From Octopus vulgaris (Eukaryota), in NCBI GenBank assembly GCA_951406725.2, contig OX597819.1, positions 54,374,001-54,438,000 of the forward strand: 64,000 nucleotides of DNA, given 5' to 3'. The position numbers and the translations under genes are program-made. Under the pieces are notes generated by a model, which had not been told where the DNA came from, did no database searches, and was given only the letters and a program-made list of their open reading frames with translations. Position 1 is the stretch's first letter; each line of letters starts with the position of its first letter. Shown piece after piece: positions 53,950-64,000 of this stretch.

Positions 53950-54386
53950 CTAGTGTTTCTCAACATTTTGTAGCTCAGTTCTTGGTTTTATGGTATGGCA
54001 TCTAATAAATGCCTCCTACATTTGTTTTGAAAAAATAACAAAATTACTGTAAATTATTTTAATCAAACAGAAGTTATTTTGGTGTTGTGGTTTATTATCC
54101 ATAATTTCTTATTGTAACCCATCCAACATATGCCATTTTTTTATGTAAACTGCTAAAAAAGATGAGAATTGTATAATACAATGTCCAACTCCTATTTTAG
54201 TCCTGACAAAGTTTTTTTTAAATGTGTTTGAAACATAAGTATTGCATCCTGTTTGTTTTATTTCAAAGAAAAATTGTGAGCCCTCTAAACATCCAGTATT
54301 TGCCATAACACCCCTTGACATCTGCTACCTCATGTGAGCTAACAACACCCCTAAAAGTATGTTACTGGCCAAATTAAGAACCACTA
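53950..54386. mobile_element. hAT (Charlie-like) MITE
   Basis: Ends (C)TAGTGTTTCTCAA / TTAAGAACCACTA, with 8-bp flanks CTGTAAAG and CTGTAGAG (7/8). Confidence 0.7.
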
Positions 54387-54561
54387 CTGTAGAGCTATGT
54401 AACACAATGTTATGTTAATTATACAATTCATAAAAGTGTTTCAGCTTTCAAAACTATTATGAAGGTTTAAGTATTTAATTTGATTATTACTTTATGATAA
54501 TTGATATACTAATTTTTATAATCATAGGAGAAACAAATGTAAAACTTGAAGTTGGGTTTAA

Positions 54562-54766
54562 CCCTTTTGCTACCAACCCGGCTGAAGCCGGCTCTGAGTA
54601 CTTGTTTTCATAAGTTTTTAATTAAAATCTTCCACCAAACCTTAGTCACAATTTATGTTCCTAACACTAGCTGAATGATGACAGTTATTTTACTAAATTC
54701 TTTCTTATATTTAAAGTAACTGAAAGTACCACAGAGCATTTCAAAATAAATACAGTAATGAAAGGG
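54562..54766. mobile_element. piggyBac-type MITE, 205 bp
   Basis: TTAA-CCCTTTTGCTACCA ... CAGTAATGAAAGGG-TTAA; TIRs are related to the 43262 element. Degraded relatives lie near 41820-42020 and 62850-62925. Confidence 0.85.
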
Positions 54767-56446
54767 TTAATCATCCAGAGCTAAAATAGTCAAGCCATTT
54801 AAGAGGGACACAGCATGATTCCTTCATTCTACTAGTAAAAACATCTTGAATTGTCTCACAATACATGAATGAGAAAAGACATTCCCCAAATTGATACATG
54901 TGGAGTGGGGATGTTAATGGTGTTGTTGGAAAATATGGAATGTTTGATATCTACAATGTTTAGAATAAGAAAACTTAAATCCATCTGGTCCTCGTTGTCA
55001 TTTAGTCCAGTCATTCCAGCCATGATCATCCTGTTATTTTTCTAGGAGTACATTGTCCAAGGTGTCTTTTCTTTCTTAAGGTAGTGTGGTGTGTTTTGAG
55101 GGAAACAACTATATCAGTCTCAGCTATGAAGGCCATGGCCACAAGCCTTTCCTCTAGACCAAACCTATACACACTGACTCACAGACACACATACGCACAT
55201 ACAAAATAAATTCATTAATAGATCAATTTAAGTTGCTTTAAGAGAATTATTAGGCAACTTATAACTTTAGTTATAGAAAATCATGCTGTTTCATTACAAA
55301 GGAATTTTTGAGTTAAAATTACTATAATAGCAACAGTATGCCATTTTATATTATACTAATGGTTTTATTTTAGGGGGATAGTATGACTAATGAAAAGAAA
55401 TTATTTGTTAGATTAAGTGGTAGGCTTATACTATAACAAAAGTGTCCTTGGTCATTATAACAGTGTCAATGCAGTGAAATAATCTTTTAAGCAATATTCA
55501 AATAATCTGTTTAATAGATACTTCAGAATGAGTTTCACCATAGAAGTTTTGTGACAAATTATAATTACAGTGTCTGGAATTTATCAACCATAATCAAAGA
55601 CACTTAACATGACCTAAACATTAGCAAATCAAGCCTTTTTAACTTAGAGATGATTGTAAATGATTATCTCACTCTAACACACTAAAAGACATACAAAAAT
55701 ATAAATAAAGAATAATTCTCCATAACATTACAATGATGAGTGCACAACAAAACTGCAAATGAAATAAAAATGTGTTACTTTTCACTGGAAAGGGGCAAAA
55801 TGTAAACAATTAGTTGTTTTAAATCTTCTGGAGTTTAATTTTAATGATTTTCCTCTTCTTTAACTGATTAGAAGGTAATTGAACGTTTCTGAAAATCAAA
55901 CTTACCTAAGCTTAATTGAGATACGCAATTAGTTATATCAATTCTCAGTTATGTTTGTGGTCTCCTCTTTGTAATATTGTTGTTGTTACAGCATCAGACA
56001 AAATACCTTGCAGTTATTTGGTTACAATTCTATATGTTCTAAGTTCAAATATTATCAGGGTTAACTTTGCCTTTCGTCTTTCTTGGGTTGATAAAGTAAA
56101 GTACCAGTCAAATAGTGGGATTGATTTAATCAATTGTTGTCTCTTCCAATTTTTGTGGCTTTGTACAACTTATAAATTAATATTGTCCATCAAATTTTAT
56201 ACAACTTACACCCATGCTGGTGCCAGCATTCATGCCAGTCTCATGTAAAAAGCACCCCTGACATACCATGTAAAATGCACCCATTCCAGTGCCATATATA
56301 AAGCACCTGTGCTGGTGCCATGTAAAAAGCACCCAGTACACTCTGTAAAGTGGCTGACATTAGGAAGGGCATCAAACTTTTGAAACAATGTCAAAACAGA
56401 CACTTGGAGCCTGGTGCTCCTGTCAAACTGACCAGCTCCTGTCAAA

Positions 56447-56875
56447 CACTTGGTTCCCAAGCTTTTTCAAAATTTTCATCCCTGGATTCCCTCCAATTGT
56501 TTTCAAGGTTTCATGGACCCTACCCGCTCCCTAAAATGAAAAAATCAGAGAAGACGAACAAAGCAAAATGACCTTGTGTAAAATAATTTTTCATGAGATA
56601 AAATTTTACTGATAAAATAAAAAATTTCAATGAGAGGGGTGAACTTGTTTGATCTTTAATATGTCCTCAATATTAGGCTGCGTTTTTGATAATGTGACCC
56701 TCATGTCATGTGCAATATCCAGTTTATTTTGAGCCTTTTTTTTAATTGGGTGTAAAGTTGCAAAAGCCGTTTCACATTTGTACATTGTTGTGAATGGAAC
56801 GATGAATTTGAGGGCCAATTTGGCAACATTTGGATAGGACTGCATCATTTCAATCCAGAATTCACTACAATACAT
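56447..56875 (-). mobile_element. hAT Buster/Charlie transposon 3' end with C-terminal dimerisation-domain coding fragment
   Basis: ORF 56627-56875: FWIEMMQSYPNVAKLALKFIVPFTTMYKCETAFATL..IKKK.QNKLD...DMRVTLS...PNI......QVHPSH, typical of Buster/ZBED5/FAM200 C-termini. A TIR-like CACTTGGTTCCCAA lies at 56447. Confidence 0.88.
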
Positions 56876-56987
56876 GTTATAAAAGGATGAAAGGCAAAGT
56901 CGGCCTCAGCAGAATTTGAACTCAGAACGTAACGGCAGACGAAATATGGCTACGCATTTCGCCCGGCGTGCTAACGTTTCTGCCAGC

Positions 56988-57315
56988 TGGGGTCTATATG
57001 GCCCCTGAGGTTCCATATAAGAGTTTTGGAGGTTCGCACAATAAAATAGTAAATTGAGCAACCACAATAGTATTTTAAGGTCCCTGAAAAAATTTTGCTT
57101 TAGATGTATGTATTGCAAGAAACAGCTGAGTTTCTTTCTCTAACATTTTACATAGTTCAACCTATACAAGTTAATGTATGAGAAACAAAATAGGAGTTTT
57201 AAAAGATGCATTTATAGGGCTAGTTTTTAAACATTGAATTGCTATGAGGGTCCAGCTGAAAAAAATAGTAATCAAAGGGATCCATAGATAAAAAAAAAAT
57301 GGTTGAGAATTGCTA
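56988..57315. mobile_element. Truncated hAT MITE
   Basis: GGGGTC(T/C)ATAT subterminal repeats and right end AAAAATGGTTGAGAATTGCT (Charlie-like); left TIR is absent. Confidence 0.55.
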
Positions 57316-57443
57316 ATGTAGACCCTTATCTAGATGACCATCTAAATTCTGTTTTGTCTTGTTAATGGGGTAGTAGACAAACAATTCAGACATTTGTGTT
57401 CTTTGCTAGTATATTACAAGTAAACTCCTTCCCAGCTGTCCTT

Positions 57444-57660
57444 AATTTTGTAATGAGGAATGCCAAATTATTTTTAAGTATACTGAATCTGTGTGTGTGT
57501 GTAAAATTTAGGTTAGTTAAAGTATACCACAAACATATTTTAACTAACCTAAATTTTATACACACACACACACTCATGTTCAGTATACTTTAAAATAATT
57601 TGGCATTCCTCATTACAAAATTGTGTGTGTATAAAATTTAGGTTAGTTAAAATGTTTGTG
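57444..57660. repeat. Near-perfect long inverted repeat plus third partial copy
   Basis: 57444-57521 is the reverse complement of 57539-57622 (first 44 nt with one mismatch); 57623-57660 repeats the inner arm. Confidence 0.95.
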
Positions 57661-58607
57661 ACATATTTTAACTTCTAAAGGTAAATTTACCGATATTTTA
57701 ACTAAACTAAAGTTTGTTTATTCCTAATCACTGCTTGGGTCTGTTGCTGCTACATATATACATGCATTAATTAATTAAAGTAAAGTGCTATGACTTCAGT
57801 GTGAATTGAACTGATGCCTATGAGCCATGGATCTATTTGTTTGAACTTCCTGGCTCTACAATTTATGCGTAACGTCGAATTTTCATGTTGAAACACTCTA
57901 ATGAAATGACTTTACCGAAACAAGAGCTGTGTAGTTTCACTTTTCAAGACAAATACAAATTTTATCTATCCATTATTAACTTCAGAAAAAACAGTTATGG
58001 AGCATTTTGTTGGTAAACTCTCTAAGAGTTAGATGGGCAGTAGAGCATGGATAGCTTAACATTTTGTGGAATTGAAGTGAAAGAAAATAACAAAAAGACG
58101 AGTAAAGGATTTTGAATCTTATTATCACTGGAAAATGTTTTATGTTTAGTAAGGATGTGTATGAATAACGCTTTAAGCTCTACAATTATTCTTTTTATAG
58201 TATTTAATACAGAACAAACGGTCATTCTATTTCTGTTTATGAATCATAGTTTAAATATCTGTTGTGTATAGTCCTCTGTTTGACCCAACTGTTCAGCTTT
58301 AAACAGACAGCATCAGCTCCTTTTTAATCCTGGACTGGATTGCTACTATAACTAGCTAAGGAAACATTACTTCCACCACTTGTATTGCTGCTGCCACCAC
58401 CATCATTGTATTCATCATCTTCATCATCAACAGTAACAATAGAGATACCATATTTATAATTTTCAAATTAACATTTTAATAAGTTCTTTGATTAGCATTT
58501 TTTTTCTTTTTTGTTTATCCTCTCTAATTTGTTTCTTTAATTATTGTTGAAATAATAGCATGTCCTTTATATGGTTACCAAAACTAGAATACATAATAAT
58601 AATAATA

Positions 58608-58820
58608 ATTTTGGCACGAGGCCAGCAATTTCAAGGAGAGTGAGGGGAGTCGATTACATCAGCCCCAGTAATTGACTGGTATCTATTTGATCAATCCCAA
58701 AAGGATGAAAGGCAAAATTGACCCTGACAGAATTTGAACTCAGAACATAAAGAGCCAGAAGAAATGCCACTAAATATTTTGCCCAGTGCCATGGTAATGA
58801 ATCTGCCAGGTCACGGCCCT
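58608..58820 (-). mobile_element. MetaSINE-like SINE copy
   Basis: AAAAGGATGAAAGGCAAAATTGACC...GAATTTGAACTCAGAAC, flanked by (AAT)n. More degraded copies lie near 25650-25780, 45950-46155 and 55975-56170. Confidence 0.8.
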
Positions 58821-60496
58821 AATAATAATGATGATGATGATGACAATAATAATAATAATTAATTCTTTTATTGGCCATAAGGGCTGACAAAAATTGATTA
58901 AAAACATAAAGGGACAAAACAGGATGAAAGGTTACAAAGGGTTAACTGGTGCATTGAAAAGATAGTTTTAGGAAATGGGAAAATGAAATGGTAACGATAG
59001 AGAATGAGAAGTGCATATATGTATTGATAGATGTGGTTTTGTAAGAATGCATACAGTTTTACAAAGCATCTGCAGTGAGTAATTTAAATGAAAAGAAAGG
59101 GAAGTTGGGGAATTATAAATTGTAGACTGTGGTTTTGAACTGTGAGGATAAGAAACAAGAGAATCATTATGATTTAATAACAATAAAAAAAAGGAAACAG
59201 AGCTATTTATTTATTTATTTTAGTTGACTAGGGTAGCGGTAGGGTAAGTGGGAACAAATGACTCCTGTCCTTGTGGCACATCAATTTTCAAATTTTTCAT
59301 TAGGCAATGGTTGACAGTTAGGGAGGCAAAGACATATCAAGGAGGGGAGAGAGTGCATGTTATGAAATACTTTCAAACACAAGTCACTGGTGCTAAGCAT
59401 GTATGCATACACACTCACTCACCCACACACATGTGTGCTATGAGAGCAGATCTGCATGTACATGCCCATTACTCCTTTTTTAATAAAGGATAAAATGGAA
59501 AGACTAGCATACAAAGAAGTTGATGAAAGGTAGTTACTGCCTGAAAAGGAGCATAATAAACAAATGAGGCAGACCAAAAAAAAAAGTCATAAAGGCTAGA
59601 AACTGCCTCAGGAGAGTAGTATGAATTGCCAGTCTTTAATTTTTAGATTATTATTTACCTCTCTCCTTTGTTCTTTCATTGAGGTATATCGTAGGTGTAA
59701 TTTATTTTCATAAGCATAATGTATTAGGCAGGGGAAGAAATATTTTAGAATTGCCATTGTTTCATAGAGCCATTTCATCATCATCAGTATTTAATGTCTG
59801 TTGTTTATGGGTTGGATGGTTTGACCAGAACTGGCAAGCTGAGGGGCTGCACCAGACTTCAGTCTGATTTGGCAGGGTTTCTATGGCTGGATGCCCTTCC
59901 TAACACCAACCACTCTGAGAGTGTAATGGGTGCTTTTACGTGCCAGTTGCATGGCATCAGTATGTGCCACAAATACGATTTCATTTGGCTTGATGACTCT
60001 TCTATCCAAGCATGACATTATTTAAAGAAAAAACAGAATTGCATCGCTAATGTCTGTAAGAAAGGCTTGAATATCACACATGATTCTTCTCTCTTTATAT
60101 AAAACTAGCTTAAGGTGACCTGCTCTACGCGCAAGTGAGGGTGTGGTTGTTACTTTCTGTTTCTTATCGCCACATTCTCCCTCTTTCTCTCTCCTTTCTC
60201 TTTCACTTTCCCACTCTCTTACTCTTCTTTTCTCTCGGACTCTCCCTCGCTTTCTCTTACTCTCTATCTTTCTCTCTCCCATTTATAAAAAAACAAAAGA
60301 TCTTAAGTAAGTTGAGAAAGAAAATATTTTGAAAGATCAATCATAAATATCAGGCAGTGACAACGGAAAGGTCTGCTTCCAGGCGGACAGCAAAACACTA
60401 ATAATTAAAAGGGACAGACGAACTTGGAAGCTGAATAAAAATAAAAAAATATTGGAGACCAAAGTTTGAAGGGATAGAATCTCAGGATAGTAGACT

Positions 60497-60960
60497 CACC
60501 AAAGCAACTACTGTAGGACCCCAAAACGTCTCCCAATCAATTTCTCACGTCAAGTTACCCCCTCCTGTAAATTTTAATCCCCTTCCAGCCCCATTTAGAT
60601 CCCTGTTTTTTTTTTGTTTTTTTTTGCATAAAAATCCAATTTGCATCAACATTCACCTTCATTTTATAGATTAGATTACAAATCCGCTTCCACTTTCCCA
60701 TGTTGAAAATTTGATTGAAATCAGGGAAAAGGTGTCCAATCTATACCCCCCCGCCAAGTGTCCCCAAAAATCAATAAAATCCTCATTTTCACACCAAAGT
60801 AACCCACTGTAGCGCCCCAAAACGTCTCCCAATCAATTCCTCACTTCAAGTTACCCCTCCTGTAAATTTTAATCCCCTTCCATCCCCATTTAGAGACCCC
60901 TTTTTACATAAAAATCCAATTTGTATCAACGTTCACCTTCTTCATTTTATAGATTAGATA
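60497..60960. repeat. Tandem duplication, ~295-bp period, ~1.6 copies
   Basis: CACCAAAG.AAC...CCCCAAAACGTCTCCCAATCAATT...CATTTTATAGATTAGAT at about 60497-60678 and 60792-60960. Confidence 0.9.
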
Positions 60961-63245
60961 ACTGAAACCCTGAATCTATGTTACTGTTTATGTATTCTTT
61001 CTTACCTGTTTTAATTTAATTTCTTTTGACTTATCAAAATTCTCATTTTTCTTCTAAGGGAAGGGTGTAGGTGATTGCATCAACTCATATTTTACTGGTA
61101 CTTGTTGAGAGAGTTACCCATGATAAATTGACATCCTGTCTAGTGAAACTTATATCTCATTGTAAAATATAGGATTTGGAGCTATGTTCTGGAATTATGA
61201 GCTTTTGCTTTTAATGGAGATATTTCAATGATTGTTGCTGCTGCTGTTTAAATCTAGAGTAGCCCTGATTCAACAGACGTATACAATCAATGGCTTTCCA
61301 GCAATGATCATGCTGTTCTTTTTGTATATCATGAGATGTGCAAAAATTAAAATGTGGCATGACTTGAGAGGATGATTTGTTTGCAAGTCAAGCAACTAAA
61401 CATCAGTTCCATTATTGGCTCTATATTGTTTAATAATATGATAGATTCCCGTGCATTGAGACACACAGGTCAAGCATCTACCCAAATTATATATAGTCTT
61501 GTATTACATGTTAAAGACATAAAGCAAGAGGTTTCATGTTTTTTTAATTTTACTATGTTAAAAATACTAAAACCCAGAGTTATCTCTATAGATATGTGTG
61601 CATGTGAATTTGAATGCAATTATTAATTTTAAAAGCAATGGAGTAACTTCAATAAAAAGCATTTGATAATTCCATATTTTTATATATTTGTAGGGATGGG
61701 AACACACACATATGTGTATAGATATGTGTGTGTGTGTGTGTAGTAGAGAGAGAGAGAGAGATACATACATACATATGCCCACAAACACACTTGTTATAAT
61801 AGAGATTCTGTGTTCTTTGTCAGCAACTTCAAAGGAGCATCTAAACTTCAAAACAGCAGTCGATTGTGTTATTTCAAAATAATCTTCATCACTTGCTGCT
61901 CTTCTCCATAACAATTTCTTTTACTCCCACTCTATTCTTTCAAGGGACCAGCTTAGGTCCTTTGTTTGTATACACTCTTTAGATGTTAACAATCAAGAGG
62001 GAACATGTCTGTGCATGTATTTAAGGTTGGGGCTGTTTTTGAAATGTTGATACTGATATTAGGAAAAGATATTTAGTATGGAAATCTAATAAATATAGCT
62101 CTGGTTCCCATACCATATCATAAAGAAGCCTTCCATAGTTATTTGACCTGCAGAAATAGCTTCCAAATCTCCCTCAAATTATTTCCTACAATCTTCAGAG
62201 AAAAAAAACAGAGGAAGAACACATTGGTTAATGTAATCAGGAGTATATGCCCCACAAAAAAAAGAGAAATAGATGGGTTAATCTGGGTTGCCTTTGATCA
62301 TAGGTCTGCTCAATTGAAGCTTGCTTGAGGTTAGACTGCAACATCATAAACTCACATTTAATTTCCAATTACATGATGTGGTGTCCCAAATAAACAGTTG
62401 CTCCAGTTAGTTACCTGTATAGTGTTTATTATTCAAAGGTTTACTTCTTTTGGTCTGTAAAACCTCATAAACATATTTCAATGAAAATGGAAACTGTTTA
62501 CCTGAGACCACCTCTAGTACTATAATATAAATTTCCTATTTTAAAGAAATGTGGGAAGAAGCTCGCTTTCCAACCACGTGGTTCTGGATTCAGTCCCATT
62601 GCATGGCACCTTGGAGAAGTATCTTCTATTATAGTATCTATGTTTGCACCACCACCTCAATCCTTGCTTGACAACCAGTGTTGGTGTGTTTACTTTCCTG
62701 TAACTTAGCAGTCCATCAAATGGGACCAATAGAATAAGTACTATCCTTAAGATAATAAGTCATGAGGTCAATTTTTTCGACTAAAACCCTTCAAGGCTGT
62801 GCTCCAGCATGGCCACAATCAAAAGACTGAAACAAGTAAAAGAATAAAACCTTCAATTAAAATTTCATGTTAATTTATATTTGAAACAAAAGCATATTTC
62901 AACAGGAATATGGAAACAAAAGGGTCAGACTACATTAATCTTTCTCCTACTATGGTGACTCTATAACTGCAGACTTTCCTCTACACTTGTATCTTCCTTA
63001 CATGTGGAGAAATCGCTCATCTGTTATTATTGCAGGATTTGTTATTTATCAGACATAATGTTAAATAAATATTACAGTAAATATGTTGGCTCTAGTTTAT
63101 TTCCTTCTCTAACTTTGTTCTTTTATGTCATTCTCTCTCTCTCATTCATTAGAACTTTCAGTAATATTTCATAAAGGCTCTGTTTTCATGCAATAAAAAT
63201 AAATCTTGAAACATTTATAATTATATTTGTATTTATATATTTCAG

Positions 63246-63458
63246 GTAATTGTTCCCAAATTAAAAGGGGAACCTATTGGTATTGTGATAGTTGAGTCTG
63301 GCTGGGGTTCAATGGTCCCCACTGTAGTTTTGGCAAATATGGCCCCATCAGGTCCGGCAGCCAGATGTGGCGGGCTCAATATTGGTGACCAAATCATATC
63401 TATAAATGGAATCAGTATGGTTGGCCTACCATTGTCCACATGTCAAACTTATATTAAG
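63246..63458 (+). CDS. lin-10: Mint/X11/APBA-family adaptor, exon D (PDZ1)
   Basis: tttcag|GTA...AAG|gtaaat; 213 nt, phase 0. [71 protein letters not shown]; VESGWGS is diagnostic of Mint PDZ1. Confidence 0.97.
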
Positions 63459-63771
63459 GTAAATATGCAAATATTTTGTTAAACTTTCCCCTTACTTGAA
63501 AGAGTCTTCAAATTATTTTTCTCTTAATAAGATTCCTAAATAATTAAAAACTAAAGTGCTGGTCATGTAAAATTATATATATATATATATATATGTTTGT
63601 ATATATACATTTACATACATAAATGTGTGTGTGTATATATATGAGAATAGTTTTATATTACTAATAATAAAACAAGGGTAATGTCTCATATAGTACTGAA
63701 GTAGATGGAACAGAATTTTTTATTGCATTCTCAAGGTTTTTTTAAAAATGATTTTATTTTGTTTTTGACAG

Positions 63772-63891
63772 GGTGCCAGACAACAGACTGTGGTCAAACT
63801 TACTGTTGTGCCTTGTCCTCCTGTGGTAGAAGTTCTTATCAAACGACCAGATGTGAAATATCAGCTTGGCTTCAGTGTACAAAATGGTGTG
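63772..63891 (+). CDS. lin-10: Mint/X11/APBA-family adaptor, exon E (end of PDZ1, start of PDZ2)
   Basis: tgacag|GGT...GTG|gtgagt; 120 nt, phase 0. [40 protein letters not shown] matches the Mint motif [21 protein letters not shown]. Confidence 0.96.
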
Positions 63892-64000
63892 GTGAGTAGT
63901 ATTACATTAAGTTTTGTTGTGTTCTTGCCCAGAAGCATAAGTATCAGGACTTTTAATCTTGCTCACTCTTTAAAACACAAAAAAATTGAAAATGAGCACT

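Noticed and set aside
57895-57926. CTAATGA...CGAAAC hammerhead-like motif
   Set aside because: Core mutated, stem II weak and no cleavage triplet; insufficient support.

Overview
AT-rich, repeat-dense animal genomic DNA. The SINE families and microsatellite load suggest an octopus/coleoid cephalopod (inference, not verified). The only intact coding sequence is five internal, plus-strand, phase-0 exons of a Mint/X11/APBA (lin-10) adaptor gene. They cover the C-terminal half of the PTB domain, PDZ1 and the start of PDZ2, separated by introns of 2777, 44730, 14512 and 313 bp; the gene continues beyond both window ends. The introns hold several tRNA-derived SINE families, microsatellites, MITEs and decayed piggyBac, pogo, hAT, Tc1-like, possible Academ, Helentron-type and RTE LINE elements. 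They also contain decayed minimal hammerhead-ribozyme motifs of Penelope type and several long fold-back structures. No new multi-gene system is evident. The best leads are a LINE 3' end with three C2H2 fingers, the hammerhead relics, intronic dsRNA structures (candidate ADAR substrates), AG|GT ratchet-like sites and a bipartite-NLS-like loop in the PTB domain.
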